The notes under the pieces are model-generated. The model was not told where the DNA came from. It searched no databases and saw only the letters and a list, made by a program, of their open reading frames with translations. A stretch of 62,565 bases of DNA, counting the filler, from Sphacelaria rigidula (taxonomy: Eukaryota), in NCBI GenBank assembly GCA_964200075.2. It is 5 parts of 5 records of this genome, joined end to end, with 100 filler letters (N's around TTAATTAATTAA, not from the genome) between each part and the next. Parts side by side here need not be neighbours in the genome. Positions count along the whole stretch, not along the records: positions 37,603 to 50,034 come from CAXNAA020003778.1; positions 50,135 to 62,565 come from CAXNAA020003779.1; 3 more parts are not named here. One strand, given 5' to 3'. Shown piece by piece: positions 37,603 through 51,044 of this stretch. Numbering within the stretch: position 1 is the first letter of the stretch; every line of letters begins with the position of its first letter. A program made the translations under genes and the position numbers.

Positions 37603-38318
37603 AGGGTGATCCCTGGTGGGCGGGCCACGGCGTACCAGGCGCTTCAGCCCCCTGCCGCGCCGGTCGGGCGGGGGGGGGGGGGGGGGGGGGGGCTTATCCA
37701 ACAGGACGAAGCGTGCCTTCCGCAGCCCATCATCCTCGAATGGTTGACCACAGAAGAGTCGAGGGAGCCCAGCCGGCCTTCGAAACACTGGGGGGATCAC
37801 CTGTAGGAGACACGGTATGTCTCAGGGGATAACCCACTACAGGGGGACCGGAGGAAGTGGTTTGTCCGTGGTGTGTAGATTTCGCAAGATTGAATCACTG
37901 CTCCAAAGAAAGTGGGCAAACGGTACCTGAGGATCGAGAAAGAGGCGGAGGAGTTCCAGGAGTCGTGGCGATGCGAAGACCTACGCTAATTCGACCTAGG
38001 TCACAAGCAAGACACTATGGCGTTGAGAGACGCCAGTGCAGGAGTACTCAATGTCGGCATAATAACAGCAGCAAAAGTCCGCGGGGAATACAACGTGGAG
38101 ATGTTAAAGAGAGTGACCCGCTGTCCCTTTGACTGCGGATGGGCAGTCGAGGCGGGGGTAGCACGGCAACTGGCGTACCCCTATTTTCTCCTCGACTTCT
38201 TCACTCGCTGTGTTCCCGCGCACATTGTGATTGGTCTGGGATTCCCTCTCTTGCCTTTTTCCTATATGCCCTTCCTTCCTCCCTTCTCTTCTCAAATTCG
38301 TGTCCCCCCCCCCCCTCC

Positions 38319-40112
38319 TGTAAGATTTTAAACGATAGAGTGGGAACGATGCTAGACAAAGAAGAAAAAATCAGCGAGGGGCAAGCAGGTTTTAGACCAA
38401 ATCTTAGTTGCGTAGACCATGTGTACACATGAGGTGAGATTATTCAAGGTAAGGAAGACGCCGGGCCGATTATGCACCGTTTCTTTCTGGACGTACAAAA
38501 GGCCTATGACACGGTATGGGAATATGGGATGTGGAAAAAGATGTGGGAAGCTGGGATTAGAGGAAAGCTTTGGAGAATAGTGAAGAAGATTACATAATAT
38601 GCCAAAAGTGCTATGATGATGCTAGACGGGGAAATATCGAAATATTCTGACATTTTACAAGGAGTTGCACAAGGATATACGTTGTCACCCACTTTAAACA
38701 AAGTGCGTACTAGTAACCTGATGATGGCAACAGAAGCAGCAAAGCAAGGGATCAAGGTGGGTGAAGATATGGTATCAGCATTGATGTTCGCGGATGATTT
38801 CGTTGGGATATCGGAAACACCGGAAGGATTACAGATGTGAATAGAGAAGGCGCCAGAAGACACTAGGAAATGGAGAGTGACAGCGAACGAAAACAAATGC
38901 GCGGTATTTGTAGGCAACGAAGATAAGAAGAACCCGGTAGAGTTCAAATGGAAGTGGGGAGAAGAGGAACCGCCGATCGTAGACCAGCATGCATATGTTG
39001 GCGTAGATATCTAAAAAAGCTGTCCTTGGGATGCACACATAAACAAAGTAATAGAAAAGGGTAAGACAAAAATAGGCAGGATGGACGTGACCCTCAGAGA
39101 CCGGCACCTAGACACTAGGATGAAGATATCTATCCTGATGAGCGTGGTTTTACCAAAGCTGGAATATGCAGGAGATGTATGGGGGGGGAACATGAAGTTG
39201 GCGAAGAAGTTGGAAACAGTACAGATGGCAGCGGCAAAGAAAATACTTGGGTGCTCGAAAACGACGATTAATGCAGCACTGAGAGCAGAGCTGGGAATGT
39301 ACCCACTTAAAACAGAGACATGAGGAAAATGAGGTGGTAATGCAGCGTAAAGAACATGCAGAGAAAGAGATTGCCAGCCATGGTTGATAGGGTTGTATGG
39401 AAGAAAATAACGAAAGGGCAGGCTGGAATACGGTTGGATAGAGAAGTCGAGAAATTATGGAACGAATTAGGAGGAAACCAAGACGAAATACTGTCCATAG
39501 ATGAGGGTGCGGAGTAAAAGACACAAGTAAGAGACACGATATAAAAAGGGAAAGGAGACACCCAGACGCAAAGTAGGCAAGGAAGAGCACCTAAAGATAT
39601 ACGGGGGGTTACGAAACGAGATAGGGGTGGAAAGTTGAAAAAGTTGAAACTGCGATTTCGGGTTGGGGATCTTGCCCTGCCAAAAAGAAGAAAGATGTAT
39701 ACCAGTAGTCGAGAAGAGGAGGAGGAAGTAGACGCACAGAATTGCCCCTGTGGCAAAGCAATAGAAGACAGAAGTCATATAGTGACATAATGTAAACTAT
39801 ACAAAGGGGAACACGACGTGCTAGAGGGGGAAATACGGGACGTGAACGAAGGTGGCATGGAATCGTTTGATGCATTATTAATAGGCAGTTCGGGGACAAC
39901 AATGGCTATGCTAGGAGATAGATGGTGGCCACAGGAGGCGTAACAGGACGGGGATAATAAACGTAAAATTGTTTTGTGTGGTGTATGGAGGAAACGTAAT
40001 GAGCACCGAGATGTTGGAGGTGTCTCTATTAGGAGTAGCAACGACGGTGCTCCGTCTCGAAAGAGATGCGTAGTCCATGGTAAAAGGACTAAGGCTAGCA
40101 ACAAATGAGTAC
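38319..40112 (+). mobile_element. 5'-truncated, decayed non-LTR retrotransposon (LINE) reverse transcriptase
   Basis: RT motifs QAGFR, FLDVQKAYDTVW, QGVAQGYTLSP and LMFADDF, plus a C-terminal CPC...H....C knuckle. Many stops and frameshifts. Confidence 0.92.
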
Positions 40113-40692
40113 CCCTTCCCCCCCCCCCATCTCTCTTCATGTTATATTTGTGGTTGTGTCTCGCTCCTACAGAAGCTGTAGGTGAGACTCCCTACCCGAG
40201 AAGTGTGGTTTCCGGATAGCCGAGCCACAACCTGTCTCCATATCTTCTGATTTCGCACGGCCTTCGTAAATGAAGGCATGCGGCAGCGACCTGTCACGGC
40301 TTTTTTCTGGAGTAGTACTCGATCTTAGCCTGAAGTGCTCTTGGTTCTCGACTCCTGTTTGATTCTCCTCTCGCGTTCAACTCGCTTTGTTTCTGTTCTC
40401 TAAATGTTCAAGTTTACATACTTCCCCCTTCCCGACTTTCCTTAAGCGAGCATTTCGGATACTATATTTCGGTACGTACATGTTGTGATCACGGCTAGAT
40501 TCGTAGCGAATCAGCTAATGCGCGATAAATCAAATTAGTGTACCCGGTGTTACAGAGTTTATGACTTACTTAGACTTAAATCAATATTCCGTAGTTGGAA
40601 TGTCGCTCGTGATCTCTTGGGTAATGAATATTTATCTTATCGGCGTACTCGCGCCTATATTTTCGCGACTTCTGCCCCTTAGGTTGCTTCAG

Positions 40693-43600
40693 GAGTGGCT
40701 ACTACAGCAAGAGCACGAAGAAGCTATGGTAATCCAAACAAGCCTCGAAGAAATAAACGCAATGCTCGCGGGAGATCTGGCGCGGTAAGAGTAAGTGGTG
40801 GTATACTTTCAGGGACGATGAACACGTATTGGCTCTGCAAGAGTCGATTCATGCATTCAGACGCTCGAGCTGCATGTTTTTTCGAAGAGGAAGTCGACCG
40901 TAGCCGGACAGCTTTCGCTGAGGAAATCTAATTCCGAGTTCCCTTGAGGCGTCCACAATCTCGTCATCTTCTCCTGAATCGGCGAGTAAGGCAGAGGCTC
41001 GAGCTAAGGGGGTGATGCCGCATTTTTATATACTGTAACCTTGACCAGCATAAACTGTAGGCTTTCTCTTTGGCCAGCGAAGCGAAAAAGCAGATGGTAC
41101 ACCCACGACCAACCGCTTCGCTCACCATCGACATTTCTGTGCAGAATCTCAACGCACCCCGTGTTGGGTATGGGAGTTTTATGCAGGGAGGCAAAGTCTC
41201 AGATGTCAATTGATCGTGGTCTACAGCGCGTGATGACTATGCTCATAGTTGAAGGTGTAGGAGAAATGCAAGAGTGAGGAAAGGGAGGAGAGCAACTGGA
41301 AATCCTAGCCCCTAACAATCCTCTGATAATGTGACCTAACAGCTCGTAGACAATCTCATGCTGATGTGGCCTAACGACTTGAACGCACCCCGAACCCTTT
41401 TTTGCCGTTAGCCGTGCTCGTAAGAAAGACAAGGCTCGAGTCATCAACATGCACACGATCGGGGCCCGACTCCATTACTCAACTCTTGACAACGAAGTTT
41501 AGAAATCTTCACGACAGGAACAGTCGAGTACAGCAATCTTCACGTAGGAGGTGCATTGGCGTGCACAGACTCCAATGGACTGCATCGCAGTCAAAAAGAT
41601 GGAAAATGAAGAGAGCACTGGTTCAGAAGTGATCACACCATACAAGACCCAATATCATACATTTATGCCAACCGTGCGGGCTTTTCATTGCGGTGTGATA
41701 GAGATATCACACCCAGCGGTATCTACGCAGCCGTTTACTAAGGCTTCATGGCTGGTATGTTAGTGGCAGTCTTGGCCGATGTATGCCGCCTCCAGGTCAC
41801 ATTACATCAGCGTGTATCCTAGAATATCAGTCGGACATACTACCCCTCTTCGTTTCAGCTGAGCGGGTTCACTGTCTACCGCACGATAATATTGAGTTGC
41901 TATGATGTTCCATTCCCAACGCAGCCGTGAATATCGCTTGCCCCCCCGTCGGGTTTACGCAGATGGCGCGAAAACTTGTCAAATGTGATGTCGGAGTTAA
42001 CCACCTTCGACGCGACATACATCCAAAGCGACCACGCCTGGACGCCCAATAGAATGGACACGCGCCTGCCTTCATCTCAAAAACCATCCCAATACTCACA
42101 GTCGAGGGCTTCAAAAGTTGGGAAGATATGGGCTTCTGGGCAAGCCCAACATAACGCAATCGCACGCGATCGAGAATCTCATATAGAACAGTGGAAAAAA
42201 ACTCAAATTCGGCGAGTCAGGGAAGCTGCTGATGCCGAGAGGCTTACTGCGGAAGCTAGGTTTTCTCGGCAGGAAGCCCTTGCGAGACTTAGTGACGAGG
42301 GACTCGCAGCGCACTGGTCAGCATCTTGGCAGCACGAGGCTGATCGCGCGAGATCAGCCGCGGTGGCCGGGGAGATGGATGCACAAAGGTGAGCTGGTTG
42401 AAGGCAGAGGGGCATAGAAGCCGCGGAGCATTCTCGTGGAGAACACTTTACAGGAGGGCAAAGTTCTTGTCCGCTTTTGGCTGAGAGTCTCAAGTTGCTC
42501 AGAGAAACGTGTTCCGGGACCGGGTTTAACACACGGGAAACACGATTCTCACGTAGCAATGAGAAGGAAACTTACCCCAGGTTCAGAATGCGCTGCGGGC
42601 GACGGACAATACCATGATACTAGCAGCGACTGTTGAGCAACACAACCTGCCATTCTCCCGTGCAATTTCCCCGTCTGCTGGTCGGTCGGTTGATTGCTTC
42701 AGATGGATACAGCATCAGCTTGCAATGGTCGATAGATTCTGGACGACGTGGAGAACTCGAAAAATGAACACGGGGCCGACAAGTCTCGTTGAACCGACGG
42801 AGGAAGCGCCCTCGATGGCGGACGATGCTGTAGCCAGTACCAAGGTGGATGATGCGGTGGCTGGTGGTGTACTACCGGAGGCTAAGTCGGAGCCAGAGGT
42901 TACTGCAGATGTTGTGGAGGTCGAGGAAGCCGAGGAAACTAAAGCAAACATGTTAACAGTCGCTACTGGCCAGCAAGACTTGGGTGCAGCACCAGTAGGC
43001 GTGCATGATCCGGTTCAGAATAGCTTACCTTCAGATGTCACAGAGGAGACGTTAGGCGATGGCACTGTGCTGGATGCACACGATACTGACCGTGAGCCCG
43101 GGGAAGCAACAGATACTTCAGCACCAGAGAGAGATCTGCTGGCGAACATAATATACTCTGAACACCCCGAACATGAGGGAGGTCAAGACGTTGAGAGAAC
43201 ACACGTTTCCGGCAGTGACTGCATCGATAATGGAGGGGGAACGTCGGAGGTACCCACCGTCCAAGCCCTCGATATGGTAGGACCCGAAGAGATGGAAAAT
43301 GTCGAACCAACGGTCACAGCGCAAGCGTCAGCTCCATCAATGAACGAGCTTGTGATTTTCGTCGGCAGCGGAACAGCGTCGCACCTAGCGACGTTGCAGT
43401 CCACGTCAACCACGGAGTTCGTCGATCTGCGCCGATCTTCTTGCGTCAGTTTGCAAGTCCCCGACAGTGAAAGCAAGACCACAGACGAGGAACATACTGT
43501 CGACTCTTGCCGGGATGAAGACAGGGAGACTGGATGGCTGAAGGCGCTCGAAAATTGCGTCGGTGCCAATGAGACGATCGATCTTGCGGTTCTCGGTGCT

Positions 43601-46600
43601 ACCATGGGAACGATACCTGGGGGTGTATCCGTGTTGTGTCTCGCTCATGATAGTATGATGGAGGACGACGGCGAATCACGGGGGTTATTGGTTCGCGCCG
43701 AAGTGCTAACGTCCGCGGCTGAGGCTCTCGTGAAGGCCCGCCGCCGAATGCGTGCGGCAATGGTATCAACGACAGTACTGGCGACACAATCTGATGATGC
43801 TGTTGTCCCGGGAATAGGTGGAGCGGCAATAGACGGCGCCAGCTTAGGGTCCAGTACAACAGAAGCAGGCGTCGATCTGGTACATATCTCGGCCGTTGCA
43901 GCTGTGGAGGTGTCGGTGGAGATGGACGTATTGGGGGGCGAACTTTGCGCCGATCTGTCAAACATATTCGGATCTTTGGGAGGCACCGGCAGTCGCCATT
44001 TTATGTCCATGAATGTATACCAGGCCTTGCGAAAACACGAAGCTTTGTTGTCTCCCGCAACAATTTCCGCGCTGACAGCACTTCTTTCCGCTCATGGACA
44101 GTCGGCCGTGTGGGGAAACGAGGACGTAGGATCGGGTGCGCCGATAAACACAGACTGGGCGGAGCTGTCCGTGGGAGATTCAAAAGCTTGGGATTCTGTT
44201 GTGGAAGATGCTTTGATGACGGTACGGACAGCATCACTCGAGCATGCCGTGATGTGGGCAGCCTCGTGCGATCTCGACCGAGTGGAATCTGCTTGCAAAT
44301 CTCGTGCTGGGTTGTCGGTCGCGGCGGGATCCTCGTGCGGTGTTGTTGAGCAGCGCGGTCATGATACTCTGGAGGAGGTGGCCTGGGAAGAGCTTCACAG
44401 GGTGTCGGGGCTCGGACTGTCCCCACTTTTACTTACAGCAGCAACGTTGTCCGACAATGCCAAAATGACGTGGACTAACTCTTGCAACGATGACAACGAA
44501 TCAAAAAGCATCGGCGATGACGCTTGCGACGAGGTGGACCGTTCACACAGCACTGTGCGATCGTTGATGAGGCTTCTCTCGGTTCCTTCGCTGAAAACAA
44601 TCGCGAGGTACCTGTCGCTGGAATGCACCACGGAGACGACAGGCCCAGGCAACGCCTCAGGCGAAGGTGTAAATCCGAAACGTCGGCAAGAGAAGATACA
44701 GTTATGCGTCCCGGGATCTCCTGCAATCGAAGATCTATCAGTGTCCGACGGAGAAACGTTGACGACAGCTACACTTGGAGTATTGATGGCTCTAGATGCC
44801 GATGGCACGGGCGCGCTGCCACCGTCGGAGATTCTGCTGGGCCTTCAAAGCGGGAAAGCGGGGCTGAGCTTGGAAGCAGCTCAGGCTAAAGTCGTTCTCC
44901 GTCTCGGCGGTGCGTTAGCAGTTTTTTTACGGGGACGGTATGCCCAGAAGTCTACGTTCGAGGTTTTTGAACCCTCATGTTTATTTCCTGAGCAGCATCG
45001 ATATAACCGTAACACTTACGTAAGTAATTTTATCGCATGGTGTTGTTTCTCATTCAACTTTTGTGTACCGGTGATACCTAGCGAGAAGCGTGATTAACGG
45101 GTGACCGTGTTGGTTCTCGTGTCTCGAGACAACAGAAACATTCCTGGGCACGTTCATGCACCATCCTGGCGCAGCCTACCTACACCAACGTATACTTCAC
45201 TCACCGCAGCAGCTTCGACGCCATATACATGCACTTTTGGTGCCAATACCATGAACTCATCCCCTTGCGCTCGTAGGGATTCCCTGCAGTATGCTGACAC
45301 CCAGAACGAGAGACCAGGATGACCCCGACCACTCGAGTACCCTAAGTGAGCCGCAACGGAGATACGGCGACTATGGCTATCTCGGCTACCCACCTGAAAC
45401 ACCCTCGGTCGCCTACGGCCCGCTTGTCCGCAAGATTCCTAGCCTTTTGAAACTAGTGCGGGTGGCGCACGGGTTGAGGCGGTGTGCTGGCGAGGTTGCA
45501 TGTAGTGCAGCAAGTATGACCTGCCTTGAGCTCGAGCGCGCACGCGAGAATCGGCGTCGAGTGAACATGGATAGAGGTATCGTGGCGTTCTCCACCGCCT
45601 TGGAGGGCGTGGGACAGCGCATGGGTAAGCTTTCTTGTTGGTCGACTGATTACTGAACGTCTCTCTGAGTTATTAGCGGGTCCGACCAAAGTTCCACAGA
45701 GTTGTGACTGACCTTTTGGCCTCCTGCTGAGGCGTTGGCTGACATTCCGATTACCTTCCTAGCATTCAGCTAATCTTGTAGATGTCTCCCCAGGGTGTCC
45801 GGATGGCCCATATGAGTACGCGTGTATCTTACGCGAGTGTGGTTTCTCCGCATGGCATTCAAACTGCAGTGCGCAGTAGGATTGAGGGATGGCCTCGTTC
45901 ATGATTCCTATCCCCCTTTTGTGTTCCACAATATCGGGAGCTCTGTACGACGAACAACGGGGAGCCTCACATTATCGTGCAACTTCTATCTAAGATATCC
46001 ATGAGGGATATGAATATCTGACCCTGAATCTAACAGAAAACCTCCACCTTTTCGCTGAGGCAGAATATCCAAAGCGCATATGGTACCTGCAGCCGACACC
46101 TCAAAAGGATATCCCGTATTGATGTGACATCTCAGATGGATATCTCACTTGGACGTGAACATAAGACATGGGTATTCCAGATTGATATTTCAGGTGTATC
46201 TCCATATCCTGGATCGATATCCATATTCTTGATCGATGTCCGTATCCCAGTTTGATGTCCATGTCCCGGATGGATAGTCTAGATGGACATTCCAGATGGA
46301 GTATTTCAAATGGATATGATATCTCAGAAGAGTATCCCGCCGTTATTCCACACGGATGTTGCACGACAATGAAAGGTACTTGCGCTACCGCTTCAAACGC
46401 GAACCTTATCCGTGCACAAAAATCAAGCTATACATAATCACACTGACAAAAAACCATTCAACGTACGAGTACTACTACTTCGCGGTCAAAGGGTCGAAGC
46501 AGCCAAGAATACAATACTCCTTTTGAGCAATAACGGGCTTCGCTAGCGTGCCCATTCTTGTTGTCCCCTTTTCCTTACGCAGCCTACCTGAGACACGAGC

Positions 46601-49465
46601 GCAGAGCGACTTTGCTGGAGGTGCCACGGTTACAAGTCATGCGGCGCCTTGCGACGATCGCGAAAGAAAAGGCCAGTTTTAGAATAGATTGTTCGGGTGG
46701 GGGTATGATTATTTTGTTGCCCTGTGATTCTCGGTGTTGCTAGGAAAGCCTCGCCTCCCCTGTATCACGGATCTGCAAGACAGATACAACAATACGGATA
46801 GAAAGTAACGCCCAAAGTGCTCTTCGGGGGTTGGAAGTGAGCATCTTACCATACTTTCCAGGTCGTCTAAAGCCTACTATTCCCACCCCGCCCCTTCTGT
46901 TGGACTACTCAGGCATACGCCGGGGTGAAAGCACGTGAGGCTGAGCAGCAGCGGCGATGTCAATCGAAGGATGAATTTTCTGGTGTGGTACAAGCGCGAG
47001 TTGCGGCTCTATGCATAGGAGTGTGCATTGAACCTACACAGACCGTTCTGGCAGAAGTGTGGGATATGGCTAAGGGCGTCATTGTGCAGGCGTGGGATAG
47101 GCTAGCAGAGACCATCACGGAGTTGGGGACAATGCTGGCGGAGGCTGAGGCGATATCTCGGGAATACGACATGGCCGTGTGAGAAATAGCATAAATTGTA
47201 GGGACAAGCAAGCAAGAACAATGCTGTTGGATGAAATGCTCTCCGTGGTTGTGGGGCTGATCATTCAGGTTCTGCCTAGCCAAGGTATTGGCATTAGTAA
47301 GTGCGGATTACTGAGTAGAATTCAGTACGCGGTTCTGTGTACGGTGTGATCTGTCGTGGAGAGTGATGGTCTGGGCCGAACAGAGTGCATGTAGACAATG
47401 AAGCGCACGTGAACTCGAAGACAGCGTGCAACCATCCCATCAGTACACGGGATTCGTGACCGATCACCCACCATCGATATGGAGAGCATGCGTGTGCTGG
47501 GGATTCTGCAGGATTGCTGAAGACCAGAAGGCTCTTGAGCTGCGCGATCAAGAACCGGAGTGGTGGGCAGAAGGGCTTGAGAAGGAGGTGGAAGCATCTT
47601 ATCACCAAGAGGTATGCCACGTCCAGTGAAAATGCCTGAAGGTGGTTTCCTTATATCTCATGAACAATGGTGCGGTTGTCCCATCCACGTGCACCGCTTT
47701 TGTCTCATGGAACCAGCGGGTGACTATTGCGATGCCTAAAGGATCCTGCGCACCCGATTCGCTCTTCTCGGTTACTCGGCAATTGTGAAGATTCCATTTG
47801 ATATCATCGGAGTAATATGTGGAAACAACACGCGGTGTCGTGTTTACTCGTGGCCTCGCTGCGCTGAGCATGGCCGAGCGCACGCTCGGTGACACTAAAC
47901 CATCGGCTTCACCGAAAATCCTTTGACGACGTTCCTCATTTGCCCGTTGTCACAGGCCTTGTGGGTACAGGAAAGTGCTGAAGCGACAGTGATGGACGAG
48001 GCAGGGTGGGTCGAAGAAATGGCGTCGGCGTGGGAATCCGATGCCAAAAAGTGCAAGGTGAGCGTCTTCACAACCATGACGCGTGTGCATGCTGAAAAGT
48101 CAGTTCTCCGGTGCAAAAACATGCAATGTGGGCGTCTTTACAACTCTGACGCGTGTGCATACTGGCACGCCAAGTCGTCAGCTACAAAAGGAGTGCTACC
48201 TTCTTCATTGCGGTGAAGGATGTGCGTGCCCAGAACGCTGCGAGAACCGTTGTTTCGTTGAGCGGGAACACCCCCACGGTGTCGGTTTCAGACGAATGTA
48301 CTTTGCTATCCCCACTCTCGAGCTGTACATTAACTATCGGTGGGCGACAGGATGACATAACTTCTGCCGAAAACGCTTGCGAGGCACACCTTATAACTTG
48401 CATTTCATGGACCTGCCTAGCTATGTACAAGCAATGACCTAATGTGCAGGACTGCTGTACTCTAAAACAGTCTCCAACATATAGAAGGTAAGGGGTCCAA
48501 CGGCTGCGTTCTGACGTTCACAACAACAAAATGCTGGAACCAAATAAGCGAAAGGCGCAAAACTATGGCGAAGGAGAGCAGATATCGATCGTTTCCTCCA
48601 CTATGCGTCCTACACGTACAAGGATATATGACGAATGTGCCACATACAACACCGCTGAAGCGATGTCGTCGAAATGCTGCTAGATCAAATAAACCTGCTT
48701 TCCACTAGGTCTTGGCAAACCTGGAAATCGCCCGCTTTGTTTCGTAGGAGACGCACTCCGAACTGGAGAAAATATTGGACGGAACCATGGTGGAATTCGA
48801 GAAGCGAAGGGCAGCATCAACTGCGTGAGTGGGATGCAATGAGTGCTGCTGTTACCTCCACGCCTCGTTTGACAACTCAAATCATGCACTCACCACCACG
48901 CAATTTGTCGCCACTCTCCCGCTACGATCACACAATTGTGATTAGACTATTTTCACTCGAGTCCTTGACAGCAGAGCACGAAAGATAAAACTACAGAACG
49001 TACTGCCGTAAGGTCTTGAGCGGGTATGCCAAGCTGTTGCGGCTTTTTCTGTGGTCATAGGAAGATGATGGCGCAGCAGTGTCCTCGGGAATACCTGAGG
49101 GTGTACGCTTTTTTCGATGTATCGAGAATCTACCGTTCTGGAATGACTGCTGTGGGCAGACCTTTGCAAGTGAAATCCGACAACACGTATTCATGGTCGA
49201 AGGTACCGTAGCCATCTACATACCACAACCGCGTTCGAGTGGTTTGCCGCAGTGAGGGTCGTGCGGAATGTGGCGTACATATTGAGACCAAGACCCATCA
49301 ATTGGTGGAGTTGGCGGTTCAACGATCGGAATATATGTATGTATATATATATTCGGGATTCCAAGGAAAGTTCTTACACGGTAGAATTGTCTGCAGGGAT
49401 AAAAATTCCACCTTAATGAGAGCAACGACTACACCGTACAATGCTTTGAATCCCGACGTTGATGG
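40693..49465 (+). CDS. Uncharacterised multi-exon protein (helical/coiled-coil, acidic low-complexity region, one EF-hand-like loop); partial
   Basis: Phase-consistent GT-AG exons: ~40693-40784, 41963-42388, 42703-44909, 45277-45624, 46583-46620, 46913-47178, 47512-47611, 47956-48057, 48748-48824, 49397-49465. Contains motif LDADGTGALPPSE. Confidence 0.75.
45970..46371. mobile_element. Intronic MITE rich in GGATATC sub-repeats
   Basis: TIRs CATTATCGTGCAAC / GTTGCACGACAATG. Confidence 0.6.
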
Positions 49466-49949
49466 GTAAGTGTCATTGCCGGAGTCACCGCCCCCGCAAT
49501 GTAAGACTGTGATCACTTTCAGCCTTAAGACATCCGGCTTTTCACAACCAAAGGCCAATGAGGGACGAAGAGGCCTACTTACCCAAAACTAGAATCACAC
49601 CAAACGCGGAGTCTCAGCTGCCCTCGTTCGACCAGGACAACTTTCACACTACAACCGCTATTGTGTGCCCCCCGCCGCGCATGTAGCGACATGACGAGAA
49701 AAGGGTTCAAAAATAAATGTGATAAAATAATATTATACTGTTTGGCAACAGGAGACGTAGAAAGGGAGGGAGAACACTTCTGAGTCACGCTGAAACAGAG
49801 CGCGAGCAAGGGGTGGGAAAGGGTAGAGACAAGTAAGTTGTCGGGCAGAAGGGTAGGATGGAGAGTGTGCATAGCTAATAGAATAGCAAACCTAAGTCGT
49901 AGTCCACGAGTGAACGGAGGATTGGAGAAGGAGGAACAAGCAAAAGCCT

Positions 49950-50034
49950 GGAAGGGGAAGGGAGGGCGTACTCATTTGTTGCTTGCCTTAGTCGTTCGAC
50001 CATTGACCACGCATCCCTTTCGAGACGGAGCACC
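49950..50034 (-). mobile_element. 3' end of a second copy of the LINE family
   Basis: Reverse complement matches 40046-40118 (GGTGCTCCGTCTCGAAAG...GCAACAAATGAGTAC). Runs off the contig end. Confidence 0.85.
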
Positions 50035-50134
50035 NNNNNNNNNNNNNNNNNNNNNNNNNNNNNNNNNNNNNNNNNNNNTTAATTAATTAANNNNNNNNNN
50101 NNNNNNNNNNNNNNNNNNNNNNNNNNNNNNNNNN
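50035..50134. other. Artificial contig linker
   Basis: N-TTAATTAATTAA-N block. Confidence 0.97.
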
Positions 50135-50761
50135 GGTGGAGCCTCCCCGACCCTCTCCCCGAACGAATAATAACTCCACCGCAAAACAGACAAAGAAAAA
50201 AACCAAACACCCCCCCCCCCCCCCCCCCCCACCCCTTTCTTCCCGTCCTCGCTTTTCCAAGACTTTTTCACCATCAGGCATTGATGGTTGATAATTCCTC
50301 AACATAATTAACAATTAACATCCTTGTGAAGTGTCGCCTCGCGCTGAAAGCCCCAAAGCTGATACCCTTTCCTTGAGCATTCCATGATTCTATCGAACTT
50401 TTTTCGTTCTCTCTGCTTGATTCTTCATTCAAAGCGATGTTCTAGGAGATGACATTAGATACGTCCGTCTTTGTACCTTGGCTTCGTTCATCTTGTGATC
50501 ACGGCTGGATTCATAACAGATCAGTAATTGTGCGACGATCAACGAATCGATTACATCATAGCAAACCTAGTCTGGCGCCAGATTCATGCCTATATGGGCG
50601 AATTCTTGATTTCAGACTAAGTGGGGGCCACTGTTGTTACGGTCTTGTAGTCCTTTCTCATCAACCGAACGAACGACGCTGAGTACTAGTGTACGACGTT
50701 CCACGCAAAAACGGCGGCATAAGAACTACAGCTCGACTGCGGCATCTAAACTACAACTCAC

Positions 50762-51044
50762 CGATCCCGGGTTCTGCATCCTCCACCCGGGTAACCGCCA
50801 GCTCAAGACCCTCCTTCAGAGCTTTATCCTCCTCGCTAAGTTCCTCCGGCTCGATAATGTCCTTGCTACCCTTGCCGCCCTTTTTGCCGGCGGTTTTGTC
50901 CTTACCCGGAGCGTCGGCGCCGACGCCGTTAGGGGTGTTCTTGGTGCCGTCCTTGCCATCGTCCCCTCCGTCTGCCGGCGTCTTCGGGTCCTTTGCGGGT
51001 ACCTTGATAGTCACCGCTGTTTTCTTGTCCGCTGGGTCTGCCAT
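50762..51044 (-). CDS. RPN1: 26S proteasome regulatory subunit RPN1/PSMD2, first coding exon
   Basis: ATG at 51044. EELSEEDKALKEGLELAVTRVED matches the conserved RPN1 N-terminal LSEED..LK..LE..V.R motif. GTGAGT donor follows 50762. Confidence 0.85.

Noticed and set aside
48709-48747. In-frame TAG or readthrough in an exon
   Set aside because: The TAG is better read as the acceptor (CTTTGTTTCGTAG) of exon 48748-48824, which keeps phase.
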